Source: an uncultured Verrucomicrobiota bacterium (GTDB lineage: Bacteria; Verrucomicrobiota; Verrucomicrobiia; Verrucomicrobiales; V1-33). Taken from it: a DNA stretch of 64,000 bases. The translations under genes were made by a program, and so were the position numbers. Below, piece by piece: positions 17,695-26,018 of the stretch. Numbering within the stretch: position 1 is the stretch's first letter; every line of letters begins with the position of its first letter. The stretch is taken from positions 5,523,908 through 5,587,907 of the forward strand of contig OW818657.1 of NCBI GenBank assembly GCA_942492905.1. Direction: 5' to 3'. Under the pieces are notes generated by a model, which saw only the letters and a program-made list of their open reading frames with translations, did no database searches and was not told the DNA's origin.

Positions 17695-18939
17695 CTACTC
17701 GTAGCGCAGCGCATCGATCGGATCCAGCTTGGCCGCTTTGCGGGCGGGGTAGAAACCGAAGAAAACGCCGATGGCGAAGCTGACCGAAAACGCCAGAATC
17801 ACGGAGCCGGCCGTCACCACCGGCTGGAAGCCGGCGACGTTGCCAATGCCGCGGGCGATCCCGAATCCGGCGAGGACCCCAAGACCGCCTCCGAGCAGAC
17901 TGAGGGTGATGGCTTCGATGAGGAACTGCAGGAGGATGTCGCTCCCCTGGGCCCCGACCGCCATGCGGATGCCGATCTCGCGGGTGCGTTCCGTGACACT
18001 GACCAGCATGATGTTCATGATCCCGATGCCGCCGACCAGCAGGGACATGCCGGCGATGGCCCCCAGCATCATGGTGATGATGCCGGAGATGTTGGCCACC
18101 TTGTCAGCGATTTCCTTTTGATTGAGAATATTGAAGTCATTGCCTTCTCCGAGCGGAGTGCGGTGGCGCTGGCGCAGCAGGGCGGTGATCTGCTGCTGGG
18201 CAGTCTCCATGCGGCTGGCATCGTTGATCTTGATATTGAGAAGCTTGACGGATTTCTCCCCGGTCAGGCGTTTCATGACCGTGGTGTAGGGCAGCACGAT
18301 GCGGTCGTCCTGATTGTTGTTGCCGAGACCGGCGCCTTTGCTGCTGAGCTGACCGGTGATGACGAAGGGAATGTTGTTGATGCGGACGGTTTGGCCGATG
18401 GGGTTGATGGCCCCGAAAAGCTCATTGGCGGTCTTGCTGCCGATCACAGCCACCTTGGCGGCGCTGCGCACTTCGCGGTCGGTGAACATGGCACCGGCCG
18501 ATACCGGCCAATCGCGTACTCCAAGATACTCTGGAGCCACCCCGGAGATGGTGGTGGACCAATTGCGGCCGCTGGCGATGGCCTGGGCATTGGTCCAGAC
18601 CTCGGGGCTCATGGCAATGATGTCGCGGACCTCGTTCTTCACGGCTTCGGCGTCCTGCAGGGTGATGCTGGCGGCGCTGCCCAATCCGGAGTTCACCCCC
18701 GCCGAACGTTTATTGCCGGCGAAAACCAGCAGGAGGTTCTGGCCCAGGGCGGAGACTTCGCCTTGGATTTTGTTGCGTGCCCCATTGCCCACCGCCACCA
18801 TGGCCACCACCGAAGCGACCCCGATGATGATGCCCAGCGCAGTCAGGATGGAGCGCAGCTTGTTCCGCCGCAGCGCCCGCAGCGCGATCATGGCGGTGAG
18901 GAGCGGGCGCAGCAGGAGGGCCTGGAAAAGAGCAATCAT
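17695..18939 (-). CDS. ABC transporter permease, MacB/FtsX family
   Basis: 414-aa ORF. The N-terminal TM (LRRNKLRSILTALGIIIGVASVV) is followed by a large periplasmic domain and a C-terminal FtsX-type 3-TM bundle (...TREIGIRMAVGAQGSDILLQFLIEA...). Confidence 0.9.
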   Translation of the reverse strand: MIALFQALLLRPLLTAMIALRALRRNKLRSILTALGIIIGVASVVAMVAVGNGARNKIQGEVSALGQNLLLVFAGNKRSAGVNSGLGSAASITLQDAEAVKNEVRDIIAMSPEVWTNAQAIASGRNWSTTISGVAPEYLGVRDWPVSAGAMFTDREVRSAAKVAVIGSKTANELFGAINPIGQTVRINNIPFVITGQLSSKGAGLGNNNQDDRIVLPYTTVMKRLTGEKSVKLLNIKINDASRMETAQQQITALLRQRHRTPLGEGNDFNILNQKEIADKVANISGIITMMLGAIAGMSLLVGGIGIMNIMLVSVTERTREIGIRMAVGAQGSDILLQFLIEAITLSLLGGGLGVLAGFGIARGIGNVAGFQPVVTAGSVILAFSVSFAIGVFFGFYPARKAAKLDPIDALRYE

Positions 18940-18942
18940 GAG

Positions 18943-19704
18943 TTAGTCCAGTTTGGCTTTTTGCTCGGCGGCGTCGAGTTTGGCCCGCTCCGGTCCGGCC
19001 TCGCGGCGTTCCGGATTGGGGGCGTCGCTGATGACCAAGCCATCGCGCATCACGATGATCCGTTTGCAGTAGGAGGCGATATCCAATTCATGGGTGACCA
19101 TGACGATGGTGATGCCCGAGTCATTCAATTCCTGAAACAGGCCCATGATATCGATGCTGGTGCGGGAGTCCAGATTGCCGGTGGGTTCGTCGGCGAGCAC
19201 GAGTTCGGGCTCGTTGACGAGGGCCCGGGCAATGGCGATGCGCTGCTGCTGGCCGCCGGAAAGCTGGCTGGGCCGGTGCCCGAGACGGTCGCCGAGCCCG
19301 ACCCGTTGCAGCGCCTCCACCGCACGGCGCCGCTGGCTGCGCAGGGCCACCAGGGGTTTCCGGTAAAACATGGGCAGTTCCACATTCTCCAGCGCAGTGG
19401 TGCGGGCCAGCAAGTTGAAATTCTGAAAGACAAACCCCAGTTTGCGGTTCCGCAGCGTCGCCAACTGGCTGCGGCTGAGCGTGGAAACGCTGACCCCATC
19501 CAGAAAATATTCCCCGCCGGTGGGGCGGTCCAGACACCCGAGAATGTTCATCAGGGTGGACTTGCCGGACCCGCTGCTGCCCATGATGGCGACGAATTCC
19601 CCCTGCTGGATTTCCAGACTCACCCGGCGCACCGCGTGGACTTCCACCCCGTCCGCGCGATACACGCGTGCGGCGGCGGCGAGCTGAATGATGGGAGCGC
19701 TCAT
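18943..19704 (-). CDS. ABC transporter ATP-binding protein (MacB/LolD-type)
   Basis: Walker A is GSSGSGKST, the Q-loop is present, the ABC signature is [15 protein letters not shown], and Walker B is [12 protein letters not shown]. It shares an ATGA start/stop overlap with the upstream adaptor gene. Confidence 0.95.
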   Translation of the reverse strand: MSAPIIQLAAAARVYRADGVEVHAVRRVSLEIQQGEFVAIMGSSGSGKSTLMNILGCLDRPTGGEYFLDGVSVSTLSRSQLATLRNRKLGFVFQNFNLLARTTALENVELPMFYRKPLVALRSQRRRAVEALQRVGLGDRLGHRPSQLSGGQQQRIAIARALVNEPELVLADEPTGNLDSRTSIDIMGLFQELNDSGITIVMVTHELDIASYCKRIIVMRDGLVISDAPNPERREAGPERAKLDAAEQKAKLD

Positions 19705-20831
19705 TTGTCAGGGGAACCGCTGAACAGGCCTTTTTTCGGCGCGGGGATGGAAGCCGTGATCACGCTGGCCTCCGCTGTCAGGCCACTCAGGACCTCGGTG
19801 TCCACGTTGTCGGTGATGCCCACCTTGACCACCACCGGCACCATGGTCTGACCATCGGCCTCCAACGTATAAACCAGCCGCTCGTTCCGTTCAACTTTGT
19901 CAGGAGCCTTGCGGGAATATTTGGTACCCTCGGGAGGGCTGAAGCGCAGGGCGGTGTTGGGGATTTTCAGAACCCCCTTCCGCTCCGCCACCAGCACGGA
20001 CACATCGGCGGTCATGCCCGGGAAGAGTTTCTGCTCCGGATTGTCCACCGAGATGATGGTATCGTAGGTGACCACATTGTTGGTGATGATGGGCGCTTTC
20101 CTGACCTGGGTCACGATGCCGTTGAAGACTTCGTCCGGAAAGGCATCCACCGTGAAACTGATGGTCTGGCCATCCTTGACCATGCCGATGTCCGACTCGG
20201 AGATCGAGGCCTTGATGTGCATCTTCGTGATGTCCTGGGCGATGGTGAACAGGATGGGTGTGGTCATGGCCGCGGCCACGGTCTGACCGAGATCCACCAC
20301 CCGGGAGATCACAATCCCGTCCACCGGCGCGGTGATCTTGCAGTAGCTGAGGTCCACGTTCGCCCGCTGCAGCGCCGCCTCACCGATAGTGACGGTGGCT
20401 TCGGCCTGGGCCAACTCCGCGACAGCCTGCTCCAGATCCAACTGCGTGGCGGCCTGCTTGGGGAACAGGATCTGTTTGCGTTCCAGATTCTGCTTTTTGA
20501 GGGTGGCGGTGGCCCGGGCGCTGGCCAGTTCCCCTTCGGCCTGCAGCACGATGGCAGAATAGAGCGAGGGATCGATTTCCGCGACCAGTTCTCCTTTTTT
20601 AACGGGGGAATTGAAGTCCGCATTGAGGGCGGAAATTTTACCGGAGACCTGACTGCCGACATCCACCCTGACCACCGCACTGAGGGACCCGCTGGCACTG
20701 ACCTTCTGCACCAGTTCACCGCGGTTGAGTGGCGCGGTCTGGAAGGTGAAGGGAGGGGTGTTGTCCTTGCTGCACCCGGATAGCAACGTCAGGGCCGCCG
20801 CGAGGCACGGATAAAATGGCAGTGGTTTCAT
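19701..20831 (-). CDS. Efflux periplasmic adaptor (HlyD/MacA family) lipoprotein
   Basis: I moved the start to ATG 20831 (MKPLPFYPCLAAALTLLSGC, a lipobox). The track extension to 21242 is Arg/Ser/Pro-rich out-of-context sequence. The protein has a coiled-coil hairpin region and beta-barrel motifs typical of MFP adaptors (ITAPVDGIVISR). Confidence 0.85.
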   Translation of the reverse strand: MKPLPFYPCLAAALTLLSGCSKDNTPPFTFQTAPLNRGELVQKVSASGSLSAVVRVDVGSQVSGKISALNADFNSPVKKGELVAEIDPSLYSAIVLQAEGELASARATATLKKQNLERKQILFPKQAATQLDLEQAVAELAQAEATVTIGEAALQRANVDLSYCKITAPVDGIVISRVVDLGQTVAAAMTTPILFTIAQDITKMHIKASISESDIGMVKDGQTISFTVDAFPDEVFNGIVTQVRKAPIITNNVVTYDTIISVDNPEQKLFPGMTADVSVLVAERKGVLKIPNTALRFSPPEGTKYSRKAPDKVERNERLVYTLEADGQTMVPVVVKVGITDNVDTEVLSGLTAEASVITASIPAPKKGLFSGSPDK

Positions 20832-20835
20832 GGGC

Positions 20836-22239
20836 TTATTTCCAGCCGCCCCCGAGGGCCTGGTAGAGGGTGATGTCATTGACTTCGCTATCAAAACGGG
20901 CCTGGATGAGCCCCTGCTGGGCGCTATAGAGATCCTGCTGCGCGGTGAGGACATTGAGATACAATTCCTCGCCTTCCCGGTAACGTTCACTGGCCAGTTC
21001 ATAACGCCGCTGCTGGGCCTTGACCAGCGCCTGCTGCGCTTCGATCTGCTGCCGGTAGCTGGTGCGCGCCACGAGGGCATCCGCCACTTCCCGGAAGGCG
21101 GTCTGGATGGTCTTTTCGTAGTTGGCGACCTCGATGCGGGCATTGACCTGGGCGACCTCGACATTGGCGCGGTTCCGTCCTCCGGTGAAGATGGGAACAT
21201 TGACTTGCGGGGCGAAACTCCACACCCCGGAGTTGTTGCCAAAAAGCTGACTGAGTTCGGCGCTGGTGCCGCCCGCAGACGCGCTCAGCGAAATGGAGGG
21301 GAAACAAGCGGCCCGGGCCGCGCCGATATTGGCATTGGCGGCCAGCAGCACGTGCTCCGCCTGCAGAATGTCAGGACGGCGTTGCAAAAGTTCAGAAGGC
21401 AGCCCGGCCGGAACATCAGCCAAGACCCTCCGGGCGCCCGGAGGGCCGGCCCCTGGCACCCCGGCAGGAAGGGGCTGACCGACCAGCAGGACCAGCCCAT
21501 TTTTGGCCTGGGCCGCGAGCCGTTCGTAAGTCAGAATATTGATGCGGGCCGTCTGGACCTGGGCTTCGGAGGAACGCAGGTCGAGTTCGGAAGTGGACCC
21601 GGCCTCACGGGTGATTTTGTTCAATTTGTAGGATTCCTCCACGGCCGCGAGGGTCTGCCGGGCCAGTTCCAGCTGCTCCTGCGCCTGCCGCAGCGTGCTG
21701 TATTGGGTAGCGACCTGGGCGACGAGGGTGATCTGGGCGCTGCGCCGTCCTTCCTCCGCCGCGAAATACTGCTCCAACGCCTGCACGTTGAGACTGTGAA
21801 CGCGCCCGAAAAGATCGAGTTCATAAGCCGTGCTGCCTACCGTGGCACTCCACAGATTTGTCGTGCTCTCCCCGGTCCCCTGCCGCCGGAAGTTGCCTTC
21901 CGCATTGATCTGCGGGAACCGTGCGGCACGCTCGATGTTAAACTGGGCCCGGCTGCGCTCCACATTCAGCATGGCCACCCGGAGGTCGCGATTGTTGGCC
22001 AAGGCCAATTCGATCAGCTTCCGCAGCTTGGCGTCCGTGGCGAAATTCCGCCAGGAAATCTCCGCCGCCACCGTCCCTCCGCTGATTTTCATCCCCGCAG
22101 GAAAGGTGTCCGCCACGGGAGCATCCGGACGCTGATAGGGCGGAATCATGGTGCACCCGGTGATCGCGAAAAGGCTGCCCAGCAGAGTCAGGGGAAGGTG
22201 TGGCCGGCAAAAGAGCATCATGAATGATCGGTGGTTCAT
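20836..22239 (-). CDS. Outer-membrane efflux lipoprotein (TolC/NodT family)
   Basis: I moved the start to ATG 22239 (MNHRSFMMLFCRPHLPLTLLGSLFAITGC, a lipobox followed by PPYQRPD). The two OEP repeats have typical sequence (NNRDLRVAMLNVERSRAQ, RRPDILQAEHVLLAANANIGAARAA). It ends ...LYQALGGGW, the conserved NodT C-terminus. Confidence 0.85.
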   Translation of the reverse strand: MNHRSFMMLFCRPHLPLTLLGSLFAITGCTMIPPYQRPDAPVADTFPAGMKISGGTVAAEISWRNFATDAKLRKLIELALANNRDLRVAMLNVERSRAQFNIERAARFPQINAEGNFRRQGTGESTTNLWSATVGSTAYELDLFGRVHSLNVQALEQYFAAEEGRRSAQITLVAQVATQYSTLRQAQEQLELARQTLAAVEESYKLNKITREAGSTSELDLRSSEAQVQTARINILTYERLAAQAKNGLVLLVGQPLPAGVPGAGPPGARRVLADVPAGLPSELLQRRPDILQAEHVLLAANANIGAARAACFPSISLSASAGGTSAELSQLFGNNSGVWSFAPQVNVPIFTGGRNRANVEVAQVNARIEVANYEKTIQTAFREVADALVARTSYRQQIEAQQALVKAQQRRYELASERYREGEELYLNVLTAQQDLYSAQQGLIQARFDSEVNDITLYQALGGGWK

Positions 22240-22279
22240 GTCAGACCGCGTCCTGGCGTTTCCGCTCTGTTCCCTGTGA

Positions 22280-23134
22280 TCATGGACACGGGATAACTTG
22301 TTGGCGTGAACTTCCGAGGCCAACGATGCCGAGTTCGACCACGTCACCGGGTTTGAGGAAAACGGGTGGTTTGAGCCCCATGCCCACTCCAGCAGGCGTT
22401 CCCGTACTGATGACGTCCCCGGGCAGGAGCGACATGAATTGGCTGAGGTAACTGACAATGGTCGGCACATCGAAGATCAGATTCGAGGTGTTCCCATCCT
22501 GACGGATCCCGCCATTCACTTTAAGCCACATCGGAAGGGCATTCACATTGGCGATTTCATCCTTCGTGGCGAGAAAAGGGCCGAGCGGAGCGAAACTGTC
22601 ACAGCTTTTTCCCTTCACCCACTGGCCGCCGCGTTCGAGCTGGAAAGCCCGCTCGCTGTAATCGTTGTGAAGGACATAACCAGCCACGTGGTCGAGCGCG
22701 TCCTCCTTCGCGACATACGACGCCTTCCGGCCAATCACGATGGCGAGTTCGACCTCCCAATCGGTCTTCCCGCTGCCGCGCGGAATGATGAGCGGGTCAT
22801 GGGGTCCGCAAATCGCGGAGGTGGCCTTGAAAAAAACGATCGGCTCAGCCGGGATGGCCGCACCGGTTTCGGCGGCGTGGTCGCGGTAATTCAAGCCAAT
22901 GCAGATGAGCTTGGAGGGGCGGGCCAATGGAGGACCGAGGCGGGTGCCGGGGTCGACCCCTGGGGCCTCGCCGGCATGCCTGACCATCCACTCGCGCAGC
23001 CCCTCGATGGCATCACCGGCGAAGAAAGCCTCGTTGTAATCGGGGGTGAAGGCGGACGCATCGATGAGGCGGCCATCGGGCAGGAGCAGGCCGGGCTTTT
23101 CATGGCCGGGATTTCCGTAACGGATGAGTTTCAT
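22280..23134 (-). CDS. Fumarylacetoacetate hydrolase (FAH) family protein
   Basis: 284-aa ORF starting MKLIRYGNPGHEKPGLLLPDGRLIDAS. It has the FAH-fold C-terminal blocks KLICIGLNYRDHAAE, WEVELAIVIG and PGDVISTGTPAGVG. Confidence 0.9.
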   Translation of the reverse strand: MKLIRYGNPGHEKPGLLLPDGRLIDASAFTPDYNEAFFAGDAIEGLREWMVRHAGEAPGVDPGTRLGPPLARPSKLICIGLNYRDHAAETGAAIPAEPIVFFKATSAICGPHDPLIIPRGSGKTDWEVELAIVIGRKASYVAKEDALDHVAGYVLHNDYSERAFQLERGGQWVKGKSCDSFAPLGPFLATKDEIANVNALPMWLKVNGGIRQDGNTSNLIFDVPTIVSYLSQFMSLLPGDVISTGTPAGVGMGLKPPVFLKPGDVVELGIVGLGSSRQQVIPCP

Positions 23135-23161
23135 ATTGGGATAGTGATTCAGGGATGTGGT

Positions 23162-23896
23162 TCAACGGAGCAGAGTGAAACCGCCGTCAATATCGTGGGT
23201 GGAGCCGGTAATGAAGGCGGCGTCCTGGGAACAAAGATACAGGGCGAGGGAGGCGATTTCATCCGGCGTCCCCATGCGGCCGATCGGTTGGGCCGCTTCC
23301 AGTTTACTGAAAACCTCGGCCTCCCTGCCAGGATAATGCCGGGCGATGAAGTCATCGACAAAAGGAGTATGGACCCGCGCCGGACAGATGCAGTTGCAGC
23401 GGATGCCCTTGTCGACGTAGTCCCGGGCGACGGAAAGCGTCATGGCCAGTACGGCCCCTTTGCTCATCGAATAGGCAAAACGGTCAGGAATGCCTACCTT
23501 CGCGGCCACGGAACACAGGTTCAGGATGGCGCCCCGGCCGGCGGTCCGCATTTTCGGCAACACCTCGTGCAGGGTATGATATACACCTGCGACATTGACG
23601 CGGAAAATTTTGGTGAAGTCTGCGGGCGAGGTGGTCTCAGCAGTGCCGATGTGGGCGATGCCGGCGCTGTTGACGAGGATGTCGATGACGGGCAGGCCCT
23701 CGAGGGCGGCTGCAACGGCGTCAGGGTCGGATACGTCACAGGCGACGGAGGTGATGGCCGGATCCTGGGAGGGGCTAAGATCAAGATTGAAGACCCGGGC
23801 CCCCTCAGCGGCAAAGCGGCTGGCGATGGCTTGACCAATGCCGGAACTGGCCCCGGTGATGACGGCAATCTGGTCTGTGAGTTTCAAAGTGGACAT
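23162..23896 (-). CDS. Short-chain dehydrogenase/reductase (SDR)
   Basis: 244-aa ORF. The cofactor motif is VITGASSGIGQAI, NSAGI is present, and the catalytic YSMSKGAV (YxxxK) is present. Confidence 0.9.
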   Translation of the reverse strand: MSTLKLTDQIAVITGASSGIGQAIASRFAAEGARVFNLDLSPSQDPAITSVACDVSDPDAVAAALEGLPVIDILVNSAGIAHIGTAETTSPADFTKIFRVNVAGVYHTLHEVLPKMRTAGRGAILNLCSVAAKVGIPDRFAYSMSKGAVLAMTLSVARDYVDKGIRCNCICPARVHTPFVDDFIARHYPGREAEVFSKLEAAQPIGRMGTPDEIASLALYLCSQDAAFITGSTHDIDGGFTLLR

Positions 23897-24083
23897 GGTG
23901 GAACCGGATGGATTATCGCATCCATGGGCTTTGGGCTATCTCTTTTTCCCAAGCGGGCCTTGGTAAATGGCCGAAAGCGGCCTCCATGGGTTCAAAATGG
24001 GTTCCTGTTCAACGAGGTATTCTCAGCGGCGGCGATGGCGTTGAGGTTCACGCAACGGCCCCCGGCAACGGTTTCCCTGCGGC

Positions 24084-25991
24084 CTACAACGACTTCAGGA
24101 ACTGGATGAGTGCGGCGCGGTCCCCCGCCGCCATCTTCCGGAAGATTTCCTTGGAAGCCTCGCCTTCACCCCCGTGCCAGAGGATAGCTTCCTCAAGACT
24201 GCCGGCCCGGCCATCGTGGAGATAGGCTTCTCCACCGCTGACCCCGGCTGTGAGACCGATGCTCCAGAGCGGCGCGGTGCGCCATTCGGAACCGGTGGCC
24301 TCCTCCTCACTCATATTGTCGGCCAGGCCGGGGCCCATGTCGTGCAGCAGCAAGTCGGTGTAGGGACGGATGGTCTGATGGCGGAGCTCGGCAAAAGGAT
24401 GATAGGGGCTGGTGGTCAGTTCCGCCACGTGGCACTGCCCACACTGGGCCCTGATGAAAAGCTGTTCCCCACGCAAGGCGGCTTCGTTGGTCAGGTCACG
24501 GCGGGCACTGACGCCGAGAGTGGCGATGTAGCGTGTCAGGGCGGCGAGATCTTCCCCGGTGAGTTCGGGCGGAGCGGCGGCGGTTTCCCCGCCGGTCTTT
24601 GGGAAAACCGGAGTGGTCACCCCCATGTCGCTGTTGAGCGCATGAGCGATCTGGTGGCTGAGCCGGGGTTGCCCGGCCTTGTAACCGAAGCGCCCGAGGC
24701 GCCGTGCGCCGGTCTCCGGGTCGCGCACCGTCTGGACCCGGCCGGAGATCCCGTCCTTGCCGGCATCATCAGGATCAGCCAAGGCGATGATGGTGCTTTC
24801 GCTCACCGCTTCGAGGAGGCCGAGACCGACCAGTTGGGGGCTGAGGCGCACGGAGAAATGCGAGGGCGTCGCACCTTGAAAGGCATACACAGGCTGTTGC
24901 AGCGTGTAGGCGGTACCGTCGGCGTAGGTGCCCCCGGTGGTGGCCCAGGAGGCAATGCTGGCACTCCCTTCGGCTTCACCAGTGGTGGTCCGGGGCTGGA
25001 GGGCAGAGCCCAGTTTTGCATGGGGCGCCCCTCCGGCATCGCGGCCGGCCTTCAGCACCGTCTGATACATCGTCCCATCCACCGCGGGCGGGAGGGCCCG
25101 GCCGTTGTTCACATGGCAGGCGATGCAACTGTGCGCCACAAAGTGCGGCCCCAGTTTTCCGGCCTGGGTTTCAAACGCCGGATTCCCGGGCTCCGAATGC
25201 ACCCCACCGGCAAATTCCGTGTGATGCAGCCGCCTCCCGAGCAGGAAAGGCTGCGCACTGACCGGTGACAGATTCCCTGACATCTGCTTGAACCGATGCT
25301 CCGGCTCATTGGAATACTGATAGGGCAAGGTCGTCAGGCCACCCAGCCAGGCCGTCTCCGGCAAGGGGAAGGAGTTGAGCGCCACGCCCACGCCCTCCCA
25401 TGGCACCACGCCCTGCCCGACCACGTAAAGCATCGCGGTGCCATAGTAGTTTTTGCGTCCGTGGAGGGGGGCCTTGAGGAATTGACTCACCTCAATTTCA
25501 ATGCGGTCCCCCGTTTTCAGCGGGCGGTTTTCCGGCAGCTTGGAAGTCAGCGTCCAGGAATAACGGTTCGACCCGGTCAATTGCGCCGAGAAGTTGCCAT
25601 GATACTCCGCCACGGTATTGCCGCCGCGGAAGAAGGCGCGGAATTCCGGGGCCTCGAGAGGTGTGAGGGTGGTGTAGTTGAAGGTGATATCGGCACCGCC
25701 CCTGGCCACCCGGTCCACGATCTCCAGGGCAATCGTCCGCTCTTCCCAATACCAGGTCAGGTAATGGTCGTAGGCCCGGAAGGGCGTGCCATTCACCAGA
25801 TCCTCCCGGGCATGCCGGTCCCGGGCCCGGTCGGCGATATGCGTGATCAGAGCCGTCGGGGTGTCCTCGGACGTCGCCGGTTCGAGTTTCGTCTTACTGT
25901 CGAAAAGCGGAACGATGCCTCCCGGTTCCGAAGCGGACGCGGCGGTGCAGGTGAACGCCAGTAGAAGCGGGAGGCGGAACTTGCGGTTCAT
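24084..25991 (-). CDS. Di-haem cytochrome-c oxidoreductase-like protein (DUF1111 family) with N-terminal extra domain
   Basis: 635-aa ORF with a signal peptide. It has two CxxCH sites (CIACH and CGQCH). The C-terminal block AYLHDGRAGSLEEAILWHGGEGEAS is characteristic of DUF1111 proteins. Confidence 0.8.
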   Translation of the reverse strand: MNRKFRLPLLLAFTCTAASASEPGGIVPLFDSKTKLEPATSEDTPTALITHIADRARDRHAREDLVNGTPFRAYDHYLTWYWEERTIALEIVDRVARGGADITFNYTTLTPLEAPEFRAFFRGGNTVAEYHGNFSAQLTGSNRYSWTLTSKLPENRPLKTGDRIEIEVSQFLKAPLHGRKNYYGTAMLYVVGQGVVPWEGVGVALNSFPLPETAWLGGLTTLPYQYSNEPEHRFKQMSGNLSPVSAQPFLLGRRLHHTEFAGGVHSEPGNPAFETQAGKLGPHFVAHSCIACHVNNGRALPPAVDGTMYQTVLKAGRDAGGAPHAKLGSALQPRTTTGEAEGSASIASWATTGGTYADGTAYTLQQPVYAFQGATPSHFSVRLSPQLVGLGLLEAVSESTIIALADPDDAGKDGISGRVQTVRDPETGARRLGRFGYKAGQPRLSHQIAHALNSDMGVTTPVFPKTGGETAAAPPELTGEDLAALTRYIATLGVSARRDLTNEAALRGEQLFIRAQCGQCHVAELTTSPYHPFAELRHQTIRPYTDLLLHDMGPGLADNMSEEEATGSEWRTAPLWSIGLTAGVSGGEAYLHDGRAGSLEEAILWHGGEGEASKEIFRKMAAGDRAALIQFLKSL

Positions 25992-26018
25992 TGAAATAGC
26001 AAAGGAGCAGCCGCCGGC

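Noticed and set aside
19701-22470. Long N-terminal extensions of the adaptor (to 21242) and TolC-like (to 22470) ORFs
   Set aside because: The extensions overlap the preceding gene by hundreds of nt and are Arg/Ser/Pro-rich. Internal ATGs at 20831 and 22239 give canonical lipoprotein signal peptides with lipobox Cys.
18118-24109. + strand ORFs 18118..19851 (577 aa), 20830..22227 (465 aa) and 22439..24109 (556 aa)
   Set aside because: They run antisense across several clearly identified minus-strand genes (ABC ATPase/permease, TolC-like, FAH, SDR) and cross their gene boundaries. Their composition is typical of shadow ORFs.
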